Shown: positions 38,403-48,927, numbered from the stretch's first letter. The stretch is 64,000 nucleotides of DNA from an uncultured Fidelibacterota bacterium (GCA_902624575.1 CACNXV010000002.1:14-64013), one strand, 5' to 3'. The notes: generated by a model from the sequence alone, not told the origin. Numbers and translations: made by a program.

Positions 38403-40298
38403 ATGAAAAATACGACAAATAAAAAACCTGACAAAAAAAAGAACTCTAATAGTTCCAATTCTATGCTTATATGGTTTGCAATCATTTTTTTCGTGATTGC
38501 ATCTTTTGCTTTTTTGCCAGATGAATCAGCAAATGAAGTTGAAATTTCATACAATTCTTACAAAGAGCTCTTAGCAGAAAATAAAATTAAATCTGCTTCT
38601 ATTGAAAATGATAATTCATTTCATGGAGAGCTATTTGAAGAAACAACTTTGATTAATAAAAATGGTGCTGAGTTTAAAGAAAGAACACTGTTTGTTGTTT
38701 TTCTTCCTTCTGATTACTCAGAACAAATTTCTGTTTGGGATGAAAAAAATATTGAATACAATTTTGAAGGTGAAAAAATTGATTGGACAGGGTGGTTGTT
38801 AGGTTTTGCACCTTGGTTGTTACTGATTGCATTTTGGTTGTTTCTTTTGAGAAGAATGCAAGGTTCTGGAAGCGGTATGAATAATGTTTTTAGTTTTGGA
38901 AAAAGCAAAGCGAAAATTTTCTCAGGCAAACAAAAAAAAGTAAAGTTTAAAGATGTAGCTGGTTGCATAGAAGCTAAAGAAGAGCTAGAAGAAGTCATTG
39001 CATATTTAAAAAGCCCAAAAAAGTTTGAAAAACTTGGAGGGAAAATTCCTAGAGGTGTTTTATTAGTTGGTCCTCCAGGAACTGGAAAAACACTATTAGC
39101 AAGAGCAGTAGCAGGTGAGTCAAACGTACCTTTCTTTAGTATTAGTGGTGCAGATTTTGTTGAAATGTTTGTAGGAGTAGGTGCTTCAAGAGTTAGAGAT
39201 CTTTTTGAACAGGCAAATAATAATGCACCAGCAATTGTTTTCATTGATGAGCTAGATGCTGTTGGAAGACAAAGAGGAGCTGGTTTAGGTGGTGGTCATG
39301 ATGAAAGAGAACAAACTTTAAATCAGTTGCTTGTTGAATTAGATGGTTTTGAAAATTCCAGTAGTGTAATTGTAATGGGAGCAACTAACAGACCTGATGT
39401 TTTAGATTCTGCATTATTAAGGCCGGGGAGATTTGATAGACAGGTTGTTGTAGATGTCCCTGATTTAAACGGAAGACACGATATTTTGAAAATTCATACC
39501 AAGAATATTAAAATAAAGCCAAAATCTGTTAACTTGTTAGATATTGCTAAAGGTACACCAGGGATGGTAGGAGCTGATCTTGCTAATCTTGTTAATGAAG
39601 CAGCATTACTTGCATCTAGAAGAAAGAAAGCAAGTGTTGATAATTCAGACTTTCAAGAAGCTCAAGATAAAGTTCTTATGGGTGTACAGAGAAAGAGTAT
39701 GGTTTTATCTGATCATGAAAAGAAAGTCACTGCATATCATGAAGCAGGTCACGCTGTTGTAGCCCTTTTTTCTCCTGAGGCAGATCCTGTTCATAAAGTT
39801 ACAATTATACCAAGAGGTAGAGCGTTAGGAGTAACAATGCAGTTACCTATTGATGAAAAACATGGTTATTCTAAAACTTATATCTTAAGCCGTTTAGCAG
39901 TTATGATGGGTGGAAGAGCAGCTGAAGAACTAATTTTAAACGAAATTACAACAGGCGCTTCGAACGATATTGAAAGAGCTACTAGTATCGCGAGAAGAAT
40001 GGTGTGTGAGTGGGGTATGAGTAATGTTATGGGTCCAATGGCATTTGGTAAGAAAAACGAAGAAATATTTCTTGGTAGAGAAATACAATCTCACAGGGAT
40101 TATAGCGAAGAGACCGCTCAAAAAATTGACCATGAAGTTGTTTCTATTATAAAAAATGCTCAAAAAACTGCACTTCAAATCTTAGAAAAAAATGTAGAGC
40201 TATTACATCTTATGGCTAATCAGCTGCTAGAGCATGAAACTATTGATGAATCAGACATAAAAGTAATGTTAGCTGGTAATAAGATTTCTAGAAAATAA
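38403..40298 (+). CDS. ftsH: ATP-dependent zinc metalloprotease FtsH
   Basis: 631 aa. Two TM helices, Walker A GPPGTGKT, Walker [12 protein letters not shown] region, HEAGHA zinc site. Confidence 0.97.
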   Translation: MKNTTNKKPDKKKNSNSSNSMLIWFAIIFFVIASFAFLPDESANEVEISYNSYKELLAENKIKSASIENDNSFHGELFEETTLINKNGAEFKERTLFVVFLPSDYSEQISVWDEKNIEYNFEGEKIDWTGWLLGFAPWLLLIAFWLFLLRRMQGSGSGMNNVFSFGKSKAKIFSGKQKKVKFKDVAGCIEAKEELEEVIAYLKSPKKFEKLGGKIPRGVLLVGPPGTGKTLLARAVAGESNVPFFSISGADFVEMFVGVGASRVRDLFEQANNNAPAIVFIDELDAVGRQRGAGLGGGHDEREQTLNQLLVELDGFENSSSVIVMGATNRPDVLDSALLRPGRFDRQVVVDVPDLNGRHDILKIHTKNIKIKPKSVNLLDIAKGTPGMVGADLANLVNEAALLASRRKKASVDNSDFQEAQDKVLMGVQRKSMVLSDHEKKVTAYHEAGHAVVALFSPEADPVHKVTIIPRGRALGVTMQLPIDEKHGYSKTYILSRLAVMMGGRAAEELILNEITTGASNDIERATSIARRMVCEWGMSNVMGPMAFGKKNEEIFLGREIQSHRDYSEETAQKIDHEVVSIIKNAQKTALQILEKNVELLHLMANQLLEHETIDESDIKVMLAGNKISRK

Positions 40299-40300
40299 CC

Positions 40301-41152
40301 GTGAATATCGATCAATTTAAAAACTGGTTAATCAAGTCAGAGAAACCATACTTATTAATGGGAATATTAAATGTCACTCCTGACTCTTTTTCAGATGGGG
40401 GTCAATACTTTGGAGTCGAAAAGGCTTTTGAACATACAATTAAAATGATTGAAGAAGGCGCTGATATAATTGATATTGGCGGTGAATCAACAAAACCTTT
40501 TGCTGAGCCTGTTTCAAAAGATGAAGAGCTTTCTAGAGTTATACCAGTAATAGAAAAAATTAGAGCAGAGCATGATGTAGTGATTTCTATAGATACAACA
40601 AAATCTAAAGTTGCAGAAGAAGCCTTGAAAGCCGGTGCTAATATTATCAATGATGTTAGTGCAATGGAATTTGATAGTAATATGATTCAGGTTGCAAAAA
40701 ATCATGGCTCACCAATAATTATGATGCACATGAAAGGTATTCCCAAAAATATGCAAAACAACCCATCTTACGATCACTTAATATCAGAAGTAAAAGACTA
40801 TCTTTTTTCAAGAGCAAATTTTGCTTTAAATGCAGGTATAGATAAAAATAATATTATTGTAGATCCAGGTATAGGTTTTGGAAAGTCTGTTAACCATAAC
40901 TTTGAAATAATAAATAATTTAGATTCTTTTGTTGAACTTGGTTTTCCTGTATTATTGGGTGCATCAAGGAAATCTTTTATTGGTTTAACGCTTAATGTGG
41001 ATGAAAAAGATAGAATTGAAGGATCTATTGCGGCAAATGTAATTGGCTTACAAAAAGGTGCCAGTATATTTAGAGTACATGATGTTTTAGCAGCAAAAAA
41101 ATCATTAACTATTGCTAATAAAATTTTTAACCCAATTGATTTAATTACCTAA
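40301..41152 (+). CDS. folP: dihydropteroate synthase
   Basis: 283 aa. MGILNVTPDSFSDGG, DIGGESTKP, INDVS, DPGIGFGK, GASRKSF. GTG start. Confidence 0.9.
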   Translation: MNIDQFKNWLIKSEKPYLLMGILNVTPDSFSDGGQYFGVEKAFEHTIKMIEEGADIIDIGGESTKPFAEPVSKDEELSRVIPVIEKIRAEHDVVISIDTTKSKVAEEALKAGANIINDVSAMEFDSNMIQVAKNHGSPIIMMHMKGIPKNMQNNPSYDHLISEVKDYLFSRANFALNAGIDKNNIIVDPGIGFGKSVNHNFEIINNLDSFVELGFPVLLGASRKSFIGLTLNVDEKDRIEGSIAANVIGLQKGASIFRVHDVLAAKKSLTIANKIFNPIDLIT

Positions 41153-41160
41153 ATTATAAT

Positions 41161-41940
41161 ATGAATCTTTTTGAGATAAGTTTTTTAAAGTTTACAATAA
41201 CAGATCTATTTGATTTGATTCTTGTAACTTTTATTTTTTCATACGCCTATTCATACTTTAGGGGAACACGAGGCGGTCAAATGTTAATAGGTCTCCTAAT
41301 TTTATTTTTTGCAGGCTTTATTATAAATATTTTAGGTTTTAAGGCAACTTCATGGCTCGTAAACCTATTTCAAACTGTTTGGGTAGTTGTTTTTGTTATA
41401 CTATTTCAGCCCGAGATTAGAAGACTATTAACATCTGTTGGTCAAAATAAAATAATTAGCAAATTATTTCAAATTGAAAAAACTGAAATTCAGGATGATA
41501 TACTTTCATGTATTGATGAAATCAAGAAAAATAAGTGGGGAGCTTTATTGGTATTTGAAAGGGAGAATTCTTTAAAAAATGTTGTTTCAGACGCTGTTCC
41601 AATGAATGCAACATTTAGCCCTGAATTATTAGTTTCAATTTTTAATCCATCCTCACCATTGCATGACGGCGCTGTAGTAATTCACAATAACTTAATTGAG
41701 GCAGCTGCATGTATCTTACCATTAACTGAAAGTAAAACGCTCAATCCTGAAATGGGTACCAGACACAGAGCAGCTCTTGGTATTTCTGAAGAGAGTGATG
41801 CGATTGCTGTTGTCATTTCTGAAGAAACCGGAAAAATATCTGTTGCTGAAAATGGATTTTTTATAAGTTCAGCACTTTCAAGAGATGAGTTAGGTAAAAT
41901 GCTCAAAGAAAAAATGAATGAATTAAAAGAGGAGAAATAA
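41161..41940 (+). CDS. cdaA: diadenylate cyclase (c-di-AMP synthase), membrane-anchored CdaA type
   Basis: 259 aa. Three N-terminal TM helices and a DAC domain with GALLV.ER, LHDGAV, GTRHRAA.G.SE.SDA..VV.SEETG..S. Confidence 0.9.
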   Translation: MNLFEISFLKFTITDLFDLILVTFIFSYAYSYFRGTRGGQMLIGLLILFFAGFIINILGFKATSWLVNLFQTVWVVVFVILFQPEIRRLLTSVGQNKIISKLFQIEKTEIQDDILSCIDEIKKNKWGALLVFERENSLKNVVSDAVPMNATFSPELLVSIFNPSSPLHDGAVVIHNNLIEAAACILPLTESKTLNPEMGTRHRAALGISEESDAIAVVISEETGKISVAENGFFISSALSRDELGKMLKEKMNELKEEK

Positions 41941-43416
41941 ATGTTAAAAGAAAAAATTTTAGATTTTTTAGATAGAGCAAACTTTATGACTTTGTCAACA
42001 AGCGTTGCAGGAAATGCATCTGCAGCAAATGTTTATTATGCTAACAAAGGAACAGATATTTACTTCTTTACATTTAACCCATCAAGAAAAGCAGTTCAAA
42101 TTTCTGTTAATCCTAAAGTACAATGCGTTATAAGGCCAGACGGTGAAGGTGGTATTAAAGAATTACAAATAGATGGTTATGCTTCAAAAATTACTGATAA
42201 GACTGAAGCCGATAAAGCTCGAGATGCTATTCTTGAAGTTACTGAAGCTTTTTCTGACTTCATGCATGATGAATTTTTAATACAAAATGATGTAGTTGGA
42301 TATTACAAAATAAAGCCAACCGTAATTAAGTATGTAGATTTCTTTGCTGATGAAAAGTTTGAATGGATGGAATTACCAGAAAATCGTCCAAGTTTTTTCA
42401 GTGAAGTTAAATCAAATTTTGTAAATACATTGAAATATTGGGCAGCAGTTGTGAGAGCACCTTTTTTAACAGCAACAATTGCACCAATTCTTTTAGGTTC
42501 AGCAATCGCTTACAAACAATTTGGATCTTTTGATTGGGGTACATTTTGGCTAGTGATGTTTGGTGGAATATTTGCTCAAATAGGAACAAATAATATAAAT
42601 GATTATTTTGATCATCGTTCAAGAAACGACGAAATGAATAAGCTTGCAAGTCCTTTTAATGGAGGTTCAAGATCAATTCAATCAGGATTAATTACTCCAA
42701 CAAACATGCTTTTATTGTCTATTTACTTCTTTTCAGCAACTTTTCTTATTGGTTTGAAAATGAACAATACATTTTTTAGCGGTGATTGGAATTCTCCCCT
42801 CATGTATTTGGGTTATCTTGGCCTTTTTCTTGGAATAATGTATACAGGTTTTTTAAAGCTTGCTTACAATGGATTAGGTGATTTAGCTGTATTTATAGGT
42901 TTTGGTCCATTAATGGTATACGGTGCAGCCTTTATGCAAAATCAAGCGGTGGCACCAACTCAAACAATTGATCCCATAACAACTTTATTTTACTCAATAC
43001 CTGTCGGTATTTTTATCGCATTGGTATTATTTATTAACTGTTTCCAAGACTATAATGCAGATAAGGCAGCTAATAAAAATAGTTGGGTTGTAAAGCTAGC
43101 AGGTCCATCAGAAAAAGCTAATTATAGAAAACCTTTTGTGGTGTGGAGAAATCTTATGTTAATTTCATTTCTTCTAATTGGAGGTGCATCAGTATATGCT
43201 GGTAATTACTTTACACTTATTGCACTATTACCATTGTTGATTTTTAACTTTGCGAATAAGAAAGGAATGTCTTGGCTAGTTGAATGGGAAAAAGAAGATG
43301 CAAATCTTCAGCAACTTCCTTATGAATTGTTAATAGTAAATGTATCAACAATAGGAATTCACTTCTTAACAGGTATATTGCTAACAATTGGAGTTCTTTT
43401 AAGCATATGGATATAA
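41941..43416 (+). CDS. fusion protein: N-terminal PNPOx-like (FMN-binding split-barrel) domain plus C-terminal UbiA/MenA-family prenyltransferase
   Basis: 491 aa. Residues 1 to about 150 are soluble and have a PNPOx/general-stress-26-like pattern (F..LSTS.....A..V.Y......IYFFT...S.K...I..NP.V). Residues from about 165 to 491 are polytopic, with Asp-rich motifs NDYFDHRSRND (aa 220-230) and DYNADKAANK (aa 370-379). Confidence 0.7.
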   Translation: MLKEKILDFLDRANFMTLSTSVAGNASAANVYYANKGTDIYFFTFNPSRKAVQISVNPKVQCVIRPDGEGGIKELQIDGYASKITDKTEADKARDAILEVTEAFSDFMHDEFLIQNDVVGYYKIKPTVIKYVDFFADEKFEWMELPENRPSFFSEVKSNFVNTLKYWAAVVRAPFLTATIAPILLGSAIAYKQFGSFDWGTFWLVMFGGIFAQIGTNNINDYFDHRSRNDEMNKLASPFNGGSRSIQSGLITPTNMLLLSIYFFSATFLIGLKMNNTFFSGDWNSPLMYLGYLGLFLGIMYTGFLKLAYNGLGDLAVFIGFGPLMVYGAAFMQNQAVAPTQTIDPITTLFYSIPVGIFIALVLFINCFQDYNADKAANKNSWVVKLAGPSEKANYRKPFVVWRNLMLISFLLIGGASVYAGNYFTLIALLPLLIFNFANKKGMSWLVEWEKEDANLQQLPYELLIVNVSTIGIHFLTGILLTIGVLLSIWI

Positions 43417-44502
43417 GAGAAAGATTTAATTCTTCTTTTGATAAATATAATCAAATAAGGAGGCATCTTTGACTTTGAGTCAAGCGATGCTGAACTTCAG
43501 AAGTTAAAAGAACAAATTTCTAATCCCGATCTATGGGAGAATAATTCACAAACAACTTCAATTATGAAGAGAATATCATTTCTTGAAAAAGATATTCATC
43601 TGAGAAAAAGTTTAATTCAAAAAGCTGAGGATGTTGAAATTCTTTTTGAATTTTTTAACAAGAAACAGATCGAAGAAAATGAGATAAATTTGGAGCTGAA
43701 AATTTTTTCTAATCTTATTAAGGATTTTGAACTCAAATTGATTCTTAACGGAAAAAATGATATTGATGATGCAATAATCACAATTCATCCTGGCGCTGGT
43801 GGTACTGAAAGTCAAGATTGGGCTGAAATGCTTTACAGAATGTATTCAATGTGGTCTGAGTCAAAAGATTTTAAATTCAATGTAATTGATTTTCAAAACG
43901 GCGATGAGGCCGGTATTAAAGATTGTACTATTGAAATAAAAGGTGACTATGCTTATGGATTGATGCAGTCAGAAGTAGGTGTTCATAGACTAGTGAGAAT
44001 ATCGCCATTTGATTCAAATAGCAGAAGACATACATCTTTTGCATCAGTTTCAGTATCGCCATCAATTAGCGAAGAAATTGATATTGAAATTAATCAAAAG
44101 GATTTAAGAATTGATACTTTTCGATCAAGCGGTGCAGGGGGTCAACATGTTAATAAAACGGATTCTGCAATTAGAATTACCCATTTGCCTTCAGGAATTG
44201 TAACTCAGTGTCAAACACAAAGATCTCAACATAAAAATAAAGATCAAGCCATGAAGGTTTTAAAATCAAAACTTTATCAATTGGAAACTGAAAAACAAAA
44301 ACAGTCAAAAAAAGAGCTTGAGGGAGAAAAAATGGATATTGGGTGGGGAAGTCAAATTAGATCCTATGTTTTCCATCCTTATAACATGATAAAAGATCAT
44401 CGTACAAAATTTGAAGTTGGTAATGTAAAGTCAGTTATGGATGGCAATTTGGATGAATTCATGTATAGTTATTTGTTAGATAAAATGGAAAAAAATAAAT
44501 AA
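43407..44502 (+). CDS. prfB: peptide chain release factor 2, requires a programmed +1 frameshift at 43470
   Basis: Frame 0 runs 43407-43469 (MDIRERFNSSFDKYNQIRRHL) and ends at in-frame TGA 43470-43472. Shifting +1 (GAC at 43471) continues into the track ORF, giving about 364 aa in total. SPF (RISPFD) and GGQ (SGAGGQHVNKT) motifs are present. Confidence 0.92.
43458..43473 (+). promoter_or_regulatory. RF2 autoregulatory +1 frameshift site
   Basis: AGGAGG (43458-63), CAT, CTT (43467-69), TGA (43470-72), C. This matches the canonical internal-SD, 3-nt spacer, CUU UGA C arrangement. Confidence 0.88.
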
Positions 44503-44510
44503 GTTTTCAG

Positions 44511-45986
44511 ATGGAAAATAAAAGCCTTAAGCAAATAATTGATAATAGACTCGAAAAGCTAAAAAAAATTCGAGAAATGGGTATTGAGCCTTATGCTTAC
44601 AGCTTCAATTGTAGTCATAGCACTTCAGATATTACTGAAGAATTGATTGATAAAAGAGTTTGTTTGGCTGGTAGAATTATGGCATTAAGAAAAATGGGAA
44701 AAGCTTCTTTTTCACATATTCAAGATCAGCACGGGAAAATACAATTTTATATTGCAAGAGATGATGTCGGAGAAGAAAATTATAATTTATTTAAACTTAC
44801 AGATATTGGAGACTTTGTTGGTATTGAAGGAAAGGTTTTTAAAACAAAAACTGATGCTCTAACAATCAAAGTGTCATCTTTAACAATGCTTAGCAAAAAT
44901 ATCAAACCTATTCCGGACGTTAAAGAAAAAGATGGTGAAAAGTTTAATATGGTTTCTGATAAAGAGTTTAGATATCGCAAAAGATATCTCGATATGATTA
45001 TCAATCCAGAAACTAAAGAAAATTATGTAAAGCGTTCAAAAATTGTTAATTCAATAAGAAATTTTTTAAATGAACACGATTATATTGAAGTTGAAACTCC
45101 AGTTTTACAACCGATTTATGGTGGGGCAAATGCTAAACCATTTAAAACATATCATAATGCATTAGACCAAGAATTTTTTCTTAGAATAGCTACTGAGCTT
45201 TACTTAAAGCAGTTAATAGTGGGTGGATTTGAAAAAGTTTATGAATTATCTAAAGATTTTAGAAATGAAGGAATTGACAGAAGTCATAACCCTGAATTTA
45301 CAATGTTAGAATTTTATCAAGCGTATTCAGATTATAATTTTATGATGGAATTTGTTGAAGAAATGTTTAAAAGGGCTTTATCCGATTTAAACATGAAAGC
45401 AATTGAATGGGATGGACATAAAATAGATTTTTCAAAAAAATTTGCAAGAAAAACTATGGACCAACTTATCAAAGAACATACTGACTGTGATATAGATCTT
45501 ACAAACCATAGTGAGGTTTTCGATGCTTGTAAAAAATTGAATCTTGATATAGAAGAGGATGATAGTTTGGCTTCGTTAATTGATGAGATTATGAGAAGAA
45601 AAGTAGAACCAAATTTAATCCAACCAACATATGTAATAAATCACCCTGTAGAAATTTCTCCTTTAGCAAAAGTAAAAAGAGATGGAAATAATAACTTTAC
45701 TGAAAGATTCGAGCTTTTCATAGCTGGAATGGAGTTTGCAAATGGTTTTTCCGAGTTAAATGATCCAATAGACCAAAGAAAAAGATTTGAAGATCAGTCA
45801 ATGAAGAAAGATAGTGGAGATGAAGAAGCATTTCCAATCGATGAAAATTTTCTTGAAGCAATTGAAATCGGAATGCCTCCAACAGCAGGCGTGGGAATAG
45901 GTATTGATAGATTAGTTATGCTATTAATTGATTCAAGATGGATCAGAGACGCCATCATTTTTCCTACATTAAAATCTCTTAAATGA
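44511..45986 (+). CDS. lysS: lysyl-tRNA synthetase, class II
   Basis: 491 aa. N-terminal OB anticodon-binding domain, RYR.RYLD, class II motifs (FRNEG.D..HNPEFT..E.Y, GIGIDRL.M). Confidence 0.95.
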   Translation: MENKSLKQIIDNRLEKLKKIREMGIEPYAYSFNCSHSTSDITEELIDKRVCLAGRIMALRKMGKASFSHIQDQHGKIQFYIARDDVGEENYNLFKLTDIGDFVGIEGKVFKTKTDALTIKVSSLTMLSKNIKPIPDVKEKDGEKFNMVSDKEFRYRKRYLDMIINPETKENYVKRSKIVNSIRNFLNEHDYIEVETPVLQPIYGGANAKPFKTYHNALDQEFFLRIATELYLKQLIVGGFEKVYELSKDFRNEGIDRSHNPEFTMLEFYQAYSDYNFMMEFVEEMFKRALSDLNMKAIEWDGHKIDFSKKFARKTMDQLIKEHTDCDIDLTNHSEVFDACKKLNLDIEEDDSLASLIDEIMRRKVEPNLIQPTYVINHPVEISPLAKVKRDGNNNFTERFELFIAGMEFANGFSELNDPIDQRKRFEDQSMKKDSGDEEAFPIDENFLEAIEIGMPPTAGVGIGIDRLVMLLIDSRWIRDAIIFPTLKSLK

Positions 45987-47128
45987 AGATATCTATATTC
46001 CTTTTCAAAAAACTATTATTTTCAGCCAAAAGTAGTTTTTTATTTAAAGTAACAAATATAATTACAATTCTTTCTTTGGCATTCGGAGTTGCTTCTTTAA
46101 ATATTGTATTATCATCAATCAATGGTTTTGAAAATAGTATTTATGATAAGCTTTCAAAATTGAATGGAAAGAGCCAAGTAAATTACTTGTTTGAAGATGA
46201 ATTTAATCCTCAAGAAATTGACATTGAATATTCTTTTGATGGAATTGAGTACATTGAAAAGCAAAGCTTAGTTAAATATAAAAATGTAAGTCAGAATATT
46301 ATAATCACTGGATTACCCAATAATGACTTTAAAAACTTTGAAATATTTAACCAAATAAATGACGTAAATATTAATAAGAATTCTGTTTTCATTGGATCAG
46401 CATTAGCAAAAAAATTAGATGTTTCAGTTGGAGATGAAATTGCATTGTTTAATAGTGACAGACTAAAAAATATTTCATTAAGCGAAAGATTTATTTTTCT
46501 TGAAGTAAAACATATTTTTTCATCAGGAATTAACGAATATGATGATAGACAAATTTTTACAACCATCGATACACTACAAGAATTTTTTAATTTAAAATCC
46601 TTTATTTCAGGTTGGATCCTATTTAAAGAAACAAACAAAGAAATTGAGTACCCACTCTATGAGATAAAAATTGATGAAAAATATTCCATTCTTTTTGAAT
46701 GGATTAATGCTCAAAAATTACCAATTTTTTTTATTTTTAGTTTAATTGCAGTAGTGTCTTTTTTTGGCCTATTTAGTTCAATAAGTATACTTTACGATGA
46801 AAGAAAAAAACATTTTGCAATAATGAAATCTTACGGTACTCCAAATAAAGTATTATCAACTATTTTTGTACTACAATCGATTTTTTTGTGTTTATTGGGC
46901 TCGCTGTTAGGAATATTTTTTTCTTATCTGGTTATATTTTTACAAGAAAAATATCGCTTTATCGCAATTGACGAAAATATATACTTTGTAAACTACCTAC
47001 CAATGGAATTTAGTTTTTTTAATTCATTATTAATCATTGTGCTAAGTATTCTAATATCGTTTTTAATTTCATCAATATCTCTTACAAGCTTTTTTAAAAT
47101 TAATATTAATGAGGTTTTAAAAAATTAG
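45983..47128 (+). CDS. lipoprotein-releasing ABC transporter permease (LolC/LolE family, FtsX-like)
   Basis: 381 aa. TM1, a periplasmic MacB-like loop and three C-terminal TM helices. Upstream of a paralogue and lolD. ATGA overlap with lysS. Confidence 0.75.
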   Translation: MKISIFLFKKLLFSAKSSFLFKVTNIITILSLAFGVASLNIVLSSINGFENSIYDKLSKLNGKSQVNYLFEDEFNPQEIDIEYSFDGIEYIEKQSLVKYKNVSQNIIITGLPNNDFKNFEIFNQINDVNINKNSVFIGSALAKKLDVSVGDEIALFNSDRLKNISLSERFIFLEVKHIFSSGINEYDDRQIFTTIDTLQEFFNLKSFISGWILFKETNKEIEYPLYEIKIDEKYSILFEWINAQKLPIFFIFSLIAVVSFFGLFSSISILYDERKKHFAIMKSYGTPNKVLSTIFVLQSIFLCLLGSLLGIFFSYLVIFLQEKYRFIAIDENIYFVNYLPMEFSFFNSLLIIVLSILISFLISSISLTSFFKININEVLKN

Positions 47129-48267
47129 TGAGGTTATCATTCAAAATTGCAAAAAGTTTTCTTTTTAAAAATGATTTTTCTAAAAATGGAGTCGTAAACG
47201 TTGTTTCATTTATAGGCTTATTTATAGGTTCATTATCCATTATCTTATCTATTTCTGTTTTAAATGGTTTTCAAAATATTCTTAAGGAAGAAACTATCAA
47301 AGTTAATGGAGAATATTTAATAAGTAATTATAATGAGGTCTCTGATTTATCTATAATAGATGAAATAAAGAAAAATAATATACAGTATTCAATATTTGAT
47401 AATGAAGAATTTATTTTAAGTAATAACAGTTCACAAAAACTTGTAACAATTAAAAATATCCTTAATAAGAATCACTTAAAATTTTACAAATTAAACTTAA
47501 TAAATAAGGAAAAAGTTTTAAAAGATAATGAAATGATTATTGGTAAATCCCTTGCAAGAAGCCTAAATATTAATGTAGGAGACAATGTTAATATTTTTTC
47601 AAAAAATATTAATCTAAATTCTTTAGCATTACCTAGGTCCACAAAATTTAAAGTTGTCAATATTTACTCAAACAGAATTCTTCGTATTGATGATTATCTT
47701 ATTTTTATTTCAAACAATGATATTATTAACAAGGACAATTTATCTCTTGAACTTATTGGAGATATTGAAAATTCTAGAATTTTGGAAAAAAGATCTTTAT
47801 CATGGAAAGATAGAAATAGACAAATTTTTGAAGCAACAGAAGTAGAAAAGAAAATTACATTTTTTACTTTATCACTAATAATAATTATAGCTTCGTTCAA
47901 TTTATGTTCAGCTATTATTCAAATTTCCTCCAAAAAAATAAGAGAAATTGCAATTTTAATGTCTATTGGTATGTCTAAAAATTCTATACGGAATATATTT
48001 ATTTTATATAGTTATTTAATTGGATTATCTGCAATCAGTTTAGGCGTACTAACCTCATTATTCTTAATATTTATGCAAAATAGATTTTCAATTATTACAT
48101 TGAACCCGGACTATTATTTAGTTGAAAAGCTGCCGATGGTAATTTCAATATTTGATATTTTTTACGTTTTTTTAGCTGCTATAGTTATTATTGGTATATT
48201 TTCTATAATTCCACTAAGATTTATTAATCATATGAGCCCAAACCAAATTATCAACAAACAATCATGA
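47128..48267 (+). CDS. lipoprotein-releasing ABC transporter permease (LolC/LolE family, second copy)
   Basis: 379 aa with the same architecture as the preceding gene. GTG start overlaps the upstream stop. Confidence 0.75.
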   Translation: MRLSFKIAKSFLFKNDFSKNGVVNVVSFIGLFIGSLSIILSISVLNGFQNILKEETIKVNGEYLISNYNEVSDLSIIDEIKKNNIQYSIFDNEEFILSNNSSQKLVTIKNILNKNHLKFYKLNLINKEKVLKDNEMIIGKSLARSLNINVGDNVNIFSKNINLNSLALPRSTKFKVVNIYSNRILRIDDYLIFISNNDIINKDNLSLELIGDIENSRILEKRSLSWKDRNRQIFEATEVEKKITFFTLSLIIIIASFNLCSAIIQISSKKIREIAILMSIGMSKNSIRNIFILYSYLIGLSAISLGVLTSLFLIFMQNRFSIITLNPDYYLVEKLPMVISIFDIFYVFLAAIVIIGIFSIIPLRFINHMSPNQIINKQS

Positions 48268-48923
48268 TCTTAGAAATAAAAAATTTAAGCAAGAGCTTTA
48301 TCGATGGTAAAAAAACGCTTAATGTTTTAAAAAATATCAATCTTTCAATTGATCAAGGTTCTATCATTACTATAAAAGGACCATCAGGTTCAGGAAAATC
48401 TACATTATTAAGCTTGATTGGGACGCTTGATAAACCAAATAAAGGAGAAGTCATTTTTGATAATGAAAATATAGATTTAATAGAGGATTTGAATCGATTT
48501 AGAAATGATAAAATAGGTTATATTTTCCAGTCTCATAACTTAATAAGTGAACTGTCATTAAAAGAGAATGTTATTTTACCGAGAGAAATATCAAGAAAAA
48601 AAGTTGATCATCAAGAAATAAAAGATTTATTTCAATTTTTTGAATTAGATGACAGAATGCATTCATATCCAAATGATTTATCGGGAGGAGAAAAACAGCG
48701 TGTATCTGTTATGAGAGCTATTATTAATCAACCTTCAATAGTTATCGCTGATGAACCAACAGGTAATCTTGATCAAATGAATGTTTTTAAAATGATCGAT
48801 TTATTCAAGAAGCTTAACAATGAACATAATCTGACTTTTATAATTGCAACGCATGATAATGAAGTATTTAGTATTGGAGATATAAAATTGCAATTAAAAG
48901 AAGGATATCTCAAAAATATATAG
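48264..48923 (+). CDS. lolD: lipoprotein-releasing ABC transporter ATP-binding protein
   Basis: 219 aa. Walker A GPSGSGKST, signature LSGGEKQR, Walker B IVIADEPTGNLD. Confidence 0.85.
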   Translation: MILEIKNLSKSFIDGKKTLNVLKNINLSIDQGSIITIKGPSGSGKSTLLSLIGTLDKPNKGEVIFDNENIDLIEDLNRFRNDKIGYIFQSHNLISELSLKENVILPREISRKKVDHQEIKDLFQFFELDDRMHSYPNDLSGGEKQRVSVMRAIINQPSIVIADEPTGNLDQMNVFKMIDLFKKLNNEHNLTFIIATHDNEVFSIGDIKLQLKEGYLKNI

Positions 48924-48927
48924 CAAG

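Noticed and set aside
38714-39244. 176-aa ORF on the - strand, antisense to the ftsH AAA+ domain.
   Set aside because: It overlaps the most conserved part of ftsH (Walker A/B). It has no start context or motif support, so I treat it as a shadow ORF.
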